This document shows positions 46,600 to 55,702 of a stretch of 64,000 nt of DNA, in pieces. The notes below the pieces were generated by a model. The model did no database searches, was not told the origin of the DNA, and worked only from the letters and a program-made list of their open reading frames with translations. How positions within the stretch are numbered: the stretch's first letter is position 1; each line of letters opens with the position of its first letter. A program made the translations under genes and the position numbers. The stretch comes from an uncultured Actinomycetes bacterium (GTDB lineage: Bacteria > Actinomycetota > Actinomycetes > Streptosporangiales > Streptosporangiaceae), in assembly GCA_963741615.1 (NCBI GenBank), contig CAVUIU010000001.1, positions 6,185-70,184 on the forward strand, read 5' to 3'.

Positions 46600-48117
46600 A
46601 TGACGAACGTCCGAACGCCATCCACGACGACCCGCCTGCGCTGGGTGCTGGGCCTCACGTCGATCGCGTACTTCATGGTCGTGCTCGACTCGCTGGTCGT
46701 CATCACAGCGCTGCCGCAGATGCAGCGCGACCTGCATGCCGACCTCGCTTCGCTGCAGTGGACCGTCAACTCCTACGGCATCGCGTTCGCCGCGGCGATC
46801 ATTACCGCCGCGGCGCTCGGAGATCGTTTCGGGCGGCGGCGCGTCTTCAACCTCGGCCTGGCGCTGTTCACGCTGTCGTCGGCCGCATGTGCCCTGGCGC
46901 CCGGCATCGGCGAGCTGATCCTCGCGCGCACCGTTCAGGGGCTGGGTGCGGCGGTCGTCATGCCGCTAAGCCTGACCATCCTGACCACCACATTTCCGCC
47001 GGAACGGCGTGGCCGCATCGTCGGCATCTACGGCGGCCTGGCCGGGCTGGCCGTCGCCGCCGGCCCGATCGTCGGCGGCGTGGTTGCCGAACGTCTCGAC
47101 TGGCACTGGATCTTCTGGCTCAACGTCCCGATCGGGCTCACCGCCCTGGCGCTCGGAACCCGGCTGCTCCCGGAAAGCCACGGCGCGCCGGAACGGCTCG
47201 ACCTCGTCGGAGTCACCCTCGTCAGCAGTGGCGTCGTCGGACTGGTGTGGGCACTGGTCCGGGCGAACGACATCGGATGGTCAAGCCCGCAGATCCTCGG
47301 GACGTTGCTCGGCGGCGGCGCGCTCTTGCTGGCGTTCGTCAGCTGGGAGCAGAGGGCGCGCGAGCCCATGGTGCCGATGCGCCTGTTCCGCAACTCAGCC
47401 TTCGCGGCCGGCAACCTGACGACGTTTCTGATGTCCGGTGCCACGTTCGCCGCGGCATTCCTGTTCACCCAGGAGTTCCAGTTCGCCCGCGGGTACTCGC
47501 CGATGGCGGCCGGCCTGCGGCTCCTTCCGTTCTTCGGCACGCCGATGGTCGTCTCGCCGCTCGCGGGCGCGCTTTCCGACCGGATCGGGCGGCGGCCGAT
47601 CATGCTGACCGGCCTTGCGCTGCAGGCCGCCGGCTACCTGTGGGTGGCTGCGCGTGGGTCGCTCGCCACCGGCTGGGTGGAAATCGTCGTCGCGCTGCTG
47701 GTCGCGGGGATCGGCATCTCGATGGCCCTGCCCACCGTGCCCACCGCAATCCTCGACGCGGTCGCCGGGCACGAGATGGGCAAGGCGTCGGGCGTCACCT
47801 ACATGGCGCAGCGTTTCGGCGCGGTCTTCTCGATCGCGATTGCCAGCGCCGTGTTCGCCGCCCATGGCCACCTCGGCAGCCCGGCCGCCGTGACTGCTGG
47901 ATTCCGTCCGGCGCTGTGGTCCTGCGTGATCTTCGCCGTGCTTGCCGCACTGACAGCGATCGCGATCACCGCCCGCGCGGGCCGCCCGCCAACACCCCCG
48001 CAGCCACCGCCGGGCCGACCGGGCAGCCTGGCGAGCCTCACGCCATCCCTGAGGGCCGCCACCCCGGGCGCGTCCGCGGATTGTCATGGCCCGGCGGTAC
48101 CGTCGGGCCATGGCTAA
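46600..48117 (+). CDS. MFS transporter, DHA2 (14-TMS) family
   Basis: ATG 46600. Motifs VLDSLVVITALPQM and LGDRFGRRRVF. Pro-rich C-terminal tail overlaps the next gene. Confidence 0.85.
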   Translation: MTNVRTPSTTTRLRWVLGLTSIAYFMVVLDSLVVITALPQMQRDLHADLASLQWTVNSYGIAFAAAIITAAALGDRFGRRRVFNLGLALFTLSSAACALAPGIGELILARTVQGLGAAVVMPLSLTILTTTFPPERRGRIVGIYGGLAGLAVAAGPIVGGVVAERLDWHWIFWLNVPIGLTALALGTRLLPESHGAPERLDLVGVTLVSSGVVGLVWALVRANDIGWSSPQILGTLLGGGALLLAFVSWEQRAREPMVPMRLFRNSAFAAGNLTTFLMSGATFAAAFLFTQEFQFARGYSPMAAGLRLLPFFGTPMVVSPLAGALSDRIGRRPIMLTGLALQAAGYLWVAARGSLATGWVEIVVALLVAGIGISMALPTVPTAILDAVAGHEMGKASGVTYMAQRFGAVFSIAIASAVFAAHGHLGSPAAVTAGFRPALWSCVIFAVLAALTAIAITARAGRPPTPPQPPPGRPGSLASLTPSLRAATPGASADCHGPAVPSGHG

Positions 48118-48472
48118 CCGGATCACCGCGATCGCGATCGACTGTGCGGACCCCGCGTTGCTGGCTGCCTTCTGGACGGACGTCCTGGGCTGGCAGGTAA
48201 CAGAGCGTGACGATGAGATGGTGTCGATCGGGGCGCCAGCGGCACCCTTCGGCATCGACTTCATCAGGGTTCCCGAGCCGAAGAAAACCAAGAACAGGCT
48301 GCACCTGGATCTCAACGCCACCGACCGGGAGCAGGACGCCGAGCTGCGGCGGCTGATCGGGCTCGGCGCCACCCTGGCCGACATCGGCCAGGGTGAGGTC
48401 AGCTGGCATGTGCTCGCCGATCCGGAAGGCAACGAGTTCTGCCTGCTGCGCAGCCGCGTCGAGCCGGCCTGA
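48086..48472 (+). CDS. VOC/glyoxalase-like domain protein
   Basis: ITAIAIDCADPALLAAFWTDVLGW ... RLHLDL ... LADPEGNEFCLL. The start may be ATG 48110. Confidence 0.75.
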   Translation: MARRYRRAMANRITAIAIDCADPALLAAFWTDVLGWQVTERDDEMVSIGAPAAPFGIDFIRVPEPKKTKNRLHLDLNATDREQDAELRRLIGLGATLADIGQGEVSWHVLADPEGNEFCLLRSRVEPA

Positions 48473-48498
48473 CCGGCCTGAGCCGACGGGACCTCCGG

Positions 48499-49256
48499 TT
48501 ACCCCCGGGTGAAGGACGTCAGCTCCTCGCCGCTGACTGTGGTGCCGTTCGTGGTCACCTCGGACTTCACCGGGCCGATCCCGTGGACCAGCCAGGTCCG
48601 GATGTGGATGCTGACCGAGATGCCCGCGATCTTCTCTGCCAGCGTGTCTTCGACGACCGTCGCGTGGTAGGTGCCGGCCGGAACGGTGACGGTGGCCGGG
48701 CCGGCCCCCGGACCGTCACGTGGGTGGTGACGTTACGGGTCTGGCCGGCGATCGTGGTCGTTATCGCGATCGTGCTGGTGTGTGGCTGGCCGGAATCGAT
48801 CTGCGCCTGGCTCGGCCAGACGATGCCACCGGAATTGATCTTGAACGTGGCGTTGCCCAGCGAGGTCAGCGGCGTCGTGATCGAGCCGTCGGAGCCGAAC
48901 AGGAAGGTCTCCTTGGCGGTGGTGCCGTTGAGCTGGTGTGTGGTGGTCACCTGGTTGCCACCGGCGACAGGCACCACGGCGGTGATCTTGTCGGTCGCGG
49001 TCCCGGTCGACAGCCCGACCGCCGTCACCTTGTACACCCAGGTGTTCCCGACCGCCACCGGGAACAGCGCCGTCCCGGCGAAGGGGCCGCCGGCCGAGGT
49101 GCTCGCGGTCGCGCTCCCCCCGGCCGGCGACGACACCGATGAGGAGACGGCGGACGTGGACGAGCCCGACGAGCAGCCCGCCAGGGCCAGCGCCGCGGCG
49201 GCCAGCAGCGTGGCGCAGCCAGCGGACATGCGTGAGTTGGAGCGATGGCGGTTCAT
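48499..49256 (-). pseudogene. Secreted lipoprotein gene interrupted by a frameshift near 48694-48710
   Basis: Lipobox LALAGC after MNRHRS... The track ORF ends in an Arg-rich tail, but the adjacent frame continues with protein-like ATVTVPAGTYHATVVEDTLAEKIAGISVSIHIRTWLVHGIGPVKSEVTTNGTTVSGEELTSFTRG and stops at TAA 48499-48501. One base appears to be missing in a G/C run. Confidence 0.6.
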
Positions 49257-49539
49257 GGCGCAGCCCTTTCGTGGCACGTCGGTGGGGATGGTGCGTCGAG
49301 GTGGCCGAGTGGCGGGAGACTCGCGTGGTGCCTAGTTTCTACGCCGCCGGGGCACCTGCCCGCGGAGTTTTCGCCACCATGCGGCCCGAATTGAGACCAG
49401 GCGTGCTCGCGGCCGACCGCCCCGGCACCACCGTCACGCCTGGCACCGGGGCCGGGGGCCGTTTGCCTGCCGGGTAATCGAGATATATCTTGGCTGCCAC
49501 TGCTGCCGGCTACCGGCACGCTAGCGAGGGGACGCGAAG

Positions 49540-50238
49540 GTGGAGATGGCAACGGGGGCGGATGTGCGCGTAGCTGATGCCGAACGCGAGGCCGTGGCGG
49601 GGCAGCTCCGTGAGCATTACGCCGCCGGGCGGCTCACCATGGACGAGTTCCGGGCCAGGCTCGACGCGGCCTACTCCGCGGTGACGGCACGCGACCTGAG
49701 CCGGGTCACCGCCGACCTCCCGGGGGCTGGCCCCGGCGCCGTGGCTGGCGCCCGGCCGGCCGGGCGCACGGCCGGGGCCTACCACGTGCCCGGCCCTCGC
49801 CGCAGGCGCCGCCTGGCGCGGCCCGCCGCGCTGCTCATCCTGGCCGCCCTGCTGGCAGCGAGCGCGCTGGCCCTGGGCTCGCTCCCCCATGGCGGCCTGC
49901 TGGTGCTCGCGTTCCTGCTGGTGGTGGTGCCGGTCGTGCTGCTCACCGCGCTCGCCGGCACCCTGATCTGGGTGGGGCGCCGCGCCTGGCGCAGCGGTGC
50001 GTGGCTGGAGCTGGTGCCGGTCGCGGCGGGCATGCCCTGGCTGGGCCGCGCCATCTGGCTGGTGCGTGCCGCCCTGGTGGGCAGGGCCTTCTGGCGGCTC
50101 GGCGGCCGGGCCCGGCGGCCGGTGCGCGCCGCCGCGGACAGGCGTCACCAGCGCCGTGGTTACCCGCAGTACCAACCCAGCCCGGGTGGGTCGTGGCATC
50201 AGGCGCGGGTGGGCGACCTCAGCGGCACGACCAGATAG
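49540..50238 (+). CDS. DUF1707-domain membrane protein
   Basis: The N-terminal block RVADAEREAVAGQLREHYAAGRLTMDEFRARLDAAYSAVTARDL is the DUF1707 signature as I remember it. It is followed by 3-4 TM segments. Confidence 0.7.
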   Translation: MEMATGADVRVADAEREAVAGQLREHYAAGRLTMDEFRARLDAAYSAVTARDLSRVTADLPGAGPGAVAGARPAGRTAGAYHVPGPRRRRRLARPAALLILAALLAASALALGSLPHGGLLVLAFLLVVVPVVLLTALAGTLIWVGRRAWRSGAWLELVPVAAGMPWLGRAIWLVRAALVGRAFWRLGGRARRPVRAAADRRHQRRGYPQYQPSPGGSWHQARVGDLSGTTR

Positions 50239-51467
50239 CGGAACGCGGGCCCAGCGTCGTGGCCCGCCCGCTCCCCGCCCTGGCCGGCCAGGGTGATGAG
50301 CGCCGGCTTGGCCGGGCTGGTGAACTCCAGCCGGACCGAGGCGGCCGCCGCCGGAACCGGCGTGTCTGCCGTGTCCGCCGGGTCGGCCGGATTGGCCGGC
50401 TGCCTGGCCGTGCCGGACCCGGCAGCAGCGGCCATCAGGCCGTCCAGCAGGTAATGCGGGTTGAAGGCGATGGCCGGCTCGTCGCCCTCGAAGCTGGCGG
50501 TCACCGCCTCGGCCGCCCGCGCCCTGCCCTCGGTCTGCGCCTCGATCACCACCCGGTCCTGGCTGAAGGTGAGCCGGACCGGGCTGGCCCGGTCGGCCAC
50601 CAGCGAGACCCGCCGGACGGCCTCGATGAACGGGCCGGGCGGCATGTCGGCCCGGCAGCCGTACTCCCCGGGGAACCGGGACCGGTAGCGGATGAACTCG
50701 CCGCCGATGAGCCGGCCGGTCAGCCGCCGCCCCCCGCATTCGAAGCTGATCATGCCCTCGACCGGCTGCGGATCGCGCTCCCTGGCCGGCTGTGGGTCCC
50801 CCGCCTGCTCGTCCGCGGAGGTGAAAGCCACCGGCACCGGCTCCCCGGGCGCCATCGTCCTGGCCGCGTCGGCGAGCGTGCGCGCCGGGACCAGGGCGAT
50901 CGCGCGCAGGTCCGGCCTGGCGGGCTCCCAGTGCACGTCCCGCACGGCCAGCCGGTACCGGTCGGTGGCGGCCAGCGTAAGGGAATCACCCCGGATGTCC
51001 AGGCAGATGGCCGTCAGCATCGGCAGGGTGTCGTCGCGGCTGGCCGCGGGCAGGACCTGGGCCACGGCGGCGGCCAGCTCTCCCCCGTCGATCGTGCCGG
51101 CCACCGGCGGGATCGGCGGCAGCTCGGGATAGTCCGCCAGCGGCAGCGAGACGAGTGCGAACTCGGCGCCGCCACAGGTGAGGCTGACCACGTCCCCGTC
51201 GGCGGCGAACTCGGCGGGCTGGCCGGGGAGGCTGCGGATGATCTCCGCGAGCAGCCGGCCGGGCACCAGTGCCGTCCCCGGCTCGGCGACTTCCGCCGCC
51301 ACCCGCGCGGTTGCCGACAGGTCGTAGTCGAAGCATGACAGCGTCAGGTCCTCGGCTGCCTCCAGCCGGAGCCCCGCCAGGACCGGCACCACCGGCCGCG
51401 ACGGCAGCGCCCGCGCCACCCACGCCACCGCATCCGCCAGCGCCTCATGTTCGACCCGGAACTTCAT
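50199..51467 (-). CDS. dnaN: DNA polymerase III beta subunit (sliding clamp) paralog
   Basis: 422 aa from ATG 51467 (GGAGGG Shine-Dalgarno). DnaN blocks MKFRVEHEALADAV, PVLAGLRLEA, LPMLTAICLD, ATDRYRLAV, FNPHYLLDGL and the YLVVPLR tail. There is no dnaA/recF/gyrB context. Confidence 0.85.
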   Translation of the reverse strand: MKFRVEHEALADAVAWVARALPSRPVVPVLAGLRLEAAEDLTLSCFDYDLSATARVAAEVAEPGTALVPGRLLAEIIRSLPGQPAEFAADGDVVSLTCGGAEFALVSLPLADYPELPPIPPVAGTIDGGELAAAVAQVLPAASRDDTLPMLTAICLDIRGDSLTLAATDRYRLAVRDVHWEPARPDLRAIALVPARTLADAARTMAPGEPVPVAFTSADEQAGDPQPARERDPQPVEGMISFECGGRRLTGRLIGGEFIRYRSRFPGEYGCRADMPPGPFIEAVRRVSLVADRASPVRLTFSQDRVVIEAQTEGRARAAEAVTASFEGDEPAIAFNPHYLLDGLMAAAAGSGTARQPANPADPADTADTPVPAAAASVRLEFTSPAKPALITLAGQGGERAGHDAGPAFRYLVVPLRSPTRA

Positions 51468-51549
51468 GCCACCGCCCTCCGCCAGTACCGATCCTGGCAT
51501 GCCCCACCGACATTGCGCCGCCCGGCCCGGCGGCGCCGGGGCGCGCCAT

Positions 51550-51810
51550 TCAGATAAGCCCGGGCGGCGCGGCTGCCAGCGCCGACTCGATGGCCGCGGC
51601 CAGGGCACGGGCCGACTGGGCGGTGAGCTCCACCGCGACCCTGGCCCCCGGCCCCTGCGCCGGGTTGAGGAAGTCGATGTTGAGAGTGTGCTCCGCCGGG
51701 GCGTGCTGCGGGTGGTCGAGGTACACGGTCGCCTGGCTCAGCGCGAACCAGCCGGCCGCACCCTTGCCGCTGCCCACGACGTCGAGTTTCTCGGTCAGGT
51801 AGGTGCACAT
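51550..51810 (-). CDS. Small conserved actinobacterial protein (resembles the DUF6295 family; assignment from memory)
   Basis: 86-aa ORF MCTYLTEKLDVVGSGKGAAGWF...VYLDHPQHAPAEHTLNIDFLNP... It sits 12 nt after the hydrolase stop and 82 nt before dnaN. Confidence 0.55.
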   Translation of the reverse strand: MCTYLTEKLDVVGSGKGAAGWFALSQATVYLDHPQHAPAEHTLNIDFLNPAQGPGARVAVELTAQSARALAAAIESALAAAPPGLI

Positions 51811-51822
51811 CGCAGCCTCCGT

Positions 51823-52566
51823 TCAGCTTGCCAGGTGACGGCCGTAGAAGTCCCAGATCTTCTGCCAGCCGTCGGTGGCGGCCTCGGGGCGGTAGGCGGG
51901 CCGGTTGACGGAGAAGAACGCGTGCCCGGCGCCGGGGTAACTGTGGAACTCGTGCTCCTTGCCGGCGTCGGTGAGCGCCTTGTCGAGCTCGGCGACCTGG
52001 TCGGGCGAGGGGTGCTGGTCATCGTCGCCGAACAGGCCGAGCAGCGGGCAGGACAGGTCCCTGGACAGGTGCACGATCGGGCCTACCTTGAGCGGCATGC
52101 CCTCGGGCGGCGTGCCGACGACGAAAGCGCCGTAACAGTCGACGGCGGCGTCCAGCGGCAGGCTGCACGCGGCGAGGAACGACTGGCGGCCACCGGAGCA
52201 GTAGCCGATCGTGCCGGCCTTCCCGTTGGACGCCGGCATGGACCGCAGGTACGCGACCGCGCCGCCGACGTCGCCGACCAGCCGTTCGTCGGGCACGCCG
52301 CCCTGGGCGCGGGCGGCGGCCGCGGCGTCGTCCGGGCTCGCGCCCGGCGCCTCGCGGGTGTAGAGGTTCGGGCACAGTGCCAGGTAGCCGTGGACGGCGA
52401 AGGTCCGGGTGATCTCCTTGGTGCCCGCGTCGTAGCCCGGCATGTGATGGATCACGACCACGCCGCCGAACGGGCCCGGGCCGAGCGGGCGGGCCAGATA
52501 GGCCTCGATCTGGTCCCCGCCGTGCCCGGTGATGCTGATGGTCTCGGCCATCATCGCGTCATACAT
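51823..52566 (-). CDS. Dienelactone hydrolase family protein
   Basis: 247 aa from ATG 52566 (GGAAAGGGAGAA Shine-Dalgarno). Nucleophile motif GYCSGG. Asp/His region LGLFGDDD...GAGHAF. Confidence 0.85.
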   Translation of the reverse strand: MYDAMMAETISITGHGGDQIEAYLARPLGPGPFGGVVVIHHMPGYDAGTKEITRTFAVHGYLALCPNLYTREAPGASPDDAAAAARAQGGVPDERLVGDVGGAVAYLRSMPASNGKAGTIGYCSGGRQSFLAACSLPLDAAVDCYGAFVVGTPPEGMPLKVGPIVHLSRDLSCPLLGLFGDDDQHPSPDQVAELDKALTDAGKEHEFHSYPGAGHAFFSVNRPAYRPEAATDGWQKIWDFYGRHLAS

Positions 52567-52684
52567 CGTTCTCCCTTTCCTGCGCCCGCCGGGCGTGGCC
52601 GGCCACGGTGCTGAGCCACGGTACTGAGCCACGGTGCCTGTCCGTGCCCATAGTGCCAGCCGCCGGGGTGAAAGACTTGCCGGC

Positions 52685-53710
52685 ATGGGATACCTTGCCG
52701 CCGCCGACCGCTATCACCGTCTGGGGTACCGCCGCTGTGGCCGCAGCGGTATCAGGTTGCCGGAGGTGTCGCTCGGTCTCTGGCAGAACTTCGGGGACGA
52801 CCGGGCGCTCGACGGCCAGCGGGCGATCATCCGGCGCGCGTTCGACCTGGGCGTCACCCACTTCGACCTGGCGAACAACTACGGGCCTCCGTACGGCTCG
52901 GCGGAACGGAACTTCGGCCGCATCGTGCGCGAGGACCTGCGCCGCTACCGCGACGAGCTGATCATCTCCACCAAGGCGGGCTACGACATGTGGCCCGGAC
53001 CGTACGGGGACTGGGGGTCCCGCAAGTACCTGCTGGCGAGCCTGGACCAGTCGCTGGGCCGGATGGGCCTGGATTACGTGGACATCTTCTACAGCCACCG
53101 TGCCGATCCGGACACCCCGCTCGAGGAGACCATGGGCGCACTGGCCAGCGCGGTCACCGCGGGCAAGGCACTGTACGCCGGCATCTCCTCGTACTCCGCC
53201 CAGCGGACCGCGCAGGCGGTCGCCATCCTGCGCCGGCTCGGCACGCCACTGCTGATCCACCAGCCGTCCTATTCCATGCTCAACCGCTGGCCCGAGGATG
53301 GCCTGCTGGACACGCTGGACGCCGAGGGCGTCGGCTGCATCGCGTTCTCGCCGCTCGCGCAGGGCCTGCTCACCGGGAAGTACCTGTCCGGGGTGCCGGC
53401 TGGCTCACGCGCCAGCCAGGACGGCAGCCTGGCGCCGGAGCAGCTGAGCGAGGAGAACCTGGGCCGGGTCCGCGGGCTCGGTGAGATCGCCCGCGGGCGC
53501 GGCCAGTCGCTGGCGCAGATGGCACTGAGCTGGGTGCTGCGGGACCAGCGGGTCACCTCGGTGCTGATCGGCGCGAGCAGCGTGGCCCAGCTCGAGGAGA
53601 ACCTCGGCGCGGCCGGCCGGGCCGCGTTCAGCCCGTCGGAACTCGCCGCGATCGACAGGTACGCGGTCGAGGGCGACGTCAACATCTGGGCGGGCTCAAG
53701 CGCGGTCTGA
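52685..53710 (+). CDS. Aldo/keto reductase (YghZ/L-glyceraldehyde-3-phosphate reductase-like)
   Basis: YRRCGRSGIRLPEVSLGLWQNFG, GVTHFDLANNYG, DIFYSHRAD, and the LIGASS...QLEENL tail. Confidence 0.9.
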   Translation: MGYLAAADRYHRLGYRRCGRSGIRLPEVSLGLWQNFGDDRALDGQRAIIRRAFDLGVTHFDLANNYGPPYGSAERNFGRIVREDLRRYRDELIISTKAGYDMWPGPYGDWGSRKYLLASLDQSLGRMGLDYVDIFYSHRADPDTPLEETMGALASAVTAGKALYAGISSYSAQRTAQAVAILRRLGTPLLIHQPSYSMLNRWPEDGLLDTLDAEGVGCIAFSPLAQGLLTGKYLSGVPAGSRASQDGSLAPEQLSEENLGRVRGLGEIARGRGQSLAQMALSWVLRDQRVTSVLIGASSVAQLEENLGAAGRAAFSPSELAAIDRYAVEGDVNIWAGSSAV

Positions 53711-53820
53711 CCGGCGCACGAGCGTGCCGAACGGAGGAAAGGGGTAGAACACCGCTTCCCTATGCGAGATGCTCACCAGGAAGCAGGGGCAGAGCCTATT
53801 CCCGGGGAGGGTGCGGGCCA

Positions 53821-54036
53821 GTGGGGAGCACCGTAGCCGGTGTGGCGATCATCGTCGGTGTCGTCGGGGTCTTCGTTGGCTGGAATGCCCGGTCCGCCCG
53901 CGGCGCCCATTCCGACGTCAAGCTGTTCAAGAGCAGGGTGCCGGCCGCCCGCCGGGTGCGGAACCGCACCGGCCTGTGGTCGGTGGCCCTGGTGGTGATC
54001 GCCTTGCTCGCGCTGAGCGCGCTGGTCCGCGGCTAG
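53821..54036 (+). CDS. Possible small two-TM membrane protein
   Basis: 71-aa ORF (GTG start) with two hydrophobic helices flanking a basic loop. There is no other support. Confidence 0.3.
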   Translation: MGSTVAGVAIIVGVVGVFVGWNARSARGAHSDVKLFKSRVPAARRVRNRTGLWSVALVVIALLALSALVRG

Positions 54037-55353
54037 CCCGGCCGGCCCGGGTCACGGCCGGGGGCGACCGCCTGCGGGAACCGGAACACCTGCGCCGGGT
54101 CGTAACCTCCGCAGCCAGGCCCGCTGGCCTACGACCGCGCGCACCGCCGCGCCATCGCGCCACTCGGTGGTGTACTGGGCCAGGAACAGGGTGTCCCGGT
54201 GCACGAACGCGGTGGCGGCAGCGGGCACACGGTTCAGCGCCCCGCCGAACGCGTCGAAGGCGATCCCGCCGGCCCCGCCGCTGGCGCCCCGGACCCCGCG
54301 CAGCCGTTCCACCCCGGTGAGCAGGGTGCGGATCCCGGCCCGTGGCAGGGCGGCGGTGAAGAAGTCGGACTTGGCGTCCGACGGCACCCGGGCCAGCCGG
54401 CCGCCGGGCGCCTGCCACGGCAGGTGGCACTCGTCCACGGTGAGCCCGGAGCAGCCCGCGTCCACCAGCATGGCGTCCAGGAACGAGGCCTCTTGGACGA
54501 ACGGGTTCTGCGGCGCCGACCCCACCCGGGCGTACAGCCGGTCGAACAGCGCGGCCAGGCCGCGGTGCCGCCCAGGTAGGTGCCACCCACCTGCACCGTG
54601 GGCGCGGGACCGCCGGGGGCGGCGGACAGGTGGAGGTTCGACCAGAGCGCATCCGGCGCGTGCGGTGCCCACGACTGCCAGCCGTCCACCACCCGCGCCG
54701 CCTGCGGCCATGGCCAGGACAGGAAGAACAGGACCAGCCGGGCGAGCCGGTGGGTGCGGAACGTCATGGAGGTCGCCACCCCGAAGTTACCGCCGCCACC
54801 GCCGCGGCAGGCCCAGTACAGGTCGCCGTGATGCGACACGTCAGCGTCCAGGATGCTGCCGTCGGCGGTCACGACCTGCACCGCCTCCAGGTTGTCGCAG
54901 GTGAGGCCGTAAGCGCGGCCTAGCACGCCGACCCCGCCGCCGAGGGTGAGCCCGGCCACCCCCACGGTGGGGCAGGAGCCCGCCGGCACGGCAAGCCCGT
55001 GGCCGGCCAGCCGGTGGTAGAAGTCGATCAGGTGCAGGCCGGTGCCGACGGTGACGTTGCGCCCCCGGGGCCGAGCCGGAAGGAGTTCATCTCGGTCACG
55101 TCCACGACCAGTCCGGACGTGACCGACCAGCCCGCATGGCTGTGGCCGCCCGAGCGCGCCGTCACCGGCATGCCGAAGCGGCGGACGAAGGACAGGCAGA
55201 GGGCGACGTCGGCGGGCGTACGGCAGGAGGCGACCCCGGGCGGCCACCGCCGCGCACGCACGCCGCCAGCCCGCTGGCGCCCGCCACAGCACCGGACGCC
55301 AGCAGGAAGGCCCGCCTGGTCGCCGCGGCGGCGGCCGGGGAATCAGTGCTCAT
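54033..55353 (-). pseudogene. Decayed FAD-linked (BBE/PCMH-type) oxidase gene with a Tat signal
   Basis: Homologous pieces lie in four different frames. (1) Tat leader MSTDSPAAAAATRRAFLLASGAVAG. (2) PADVALCLSFVRRFGMPVTARSGGHSHAGWS. (3) VTVGTGLHLIDFYHRLAGHGLAVPAGSCPTVGVAGLTLGGGVG...WACRGGGGGNFGV. (4) LFDRLYARVG...FVHRDTLFLAQY. (5) The terminal YDPAQVFRFPQAV. Frame changes occur near 55205-55220, 55062-55070, 54566-54577 and 54100-54115. Segments at both ends appear to be missing. Confidence 0.7.
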
Positions 55354-55574
55354 GACGCCGCCCTGCCGCCCGGGAGCCGCGCCGGCCCGGGATCCCGCGG
55401 CGCTGCCGCCGTCGCGCATAGCCCCACGACCTGCTCCTCCCCCGCCTGGCCGGCCGGGCGCGGATGACCCGCTCCCCCGGCCCCCCGTGCCCGGTCCGGC
55501 GCCTCTATGGACGTCCCGCGGTCCCCGTCGGTTGGCGGCCGGGCCCGCCGGCCTGCCGCGGATCCCCAGATAGC

Positions 55575-55648
55575 TTGAGTTGCTCAAGAATTGATCGGAT
55601 AAAGGGTTGACTCGCTCAAGCAGGTCTGCTTATGGTTGATCTGCTCAA
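55575..55648. promoter_or_regulatory. Three TTGA-N5-TCAA palindromic boxes upstream of marR (candidate MarR operators)
   Basis: TTGAGTTGCTCAA at 55575-55587, TTGACTCGCTCAA at 55607-55619 and TTGATCTGCTCAA at 55636-55648. A further 17-nt palindrome, CATGTGATACCCACATG, lies at 55666-55682. Confidence 0.45.
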
Positions 55649-55702
55649 CTATTGAGGATCTCAGGCATGTGATACCCACATGTAATCGACTGGACACGGA
55701 GG

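Noticed and set aside
39227-48432. Long antisense or off-frame ORFs 39227-40381(-), 39376-40509(+), 42278-43942(+), 42464-43759(-), 46758-48200(+) and 47395-48432(-)
   Set aside because: Same reasoning. They overlap well-supported transporter genes in other frames.
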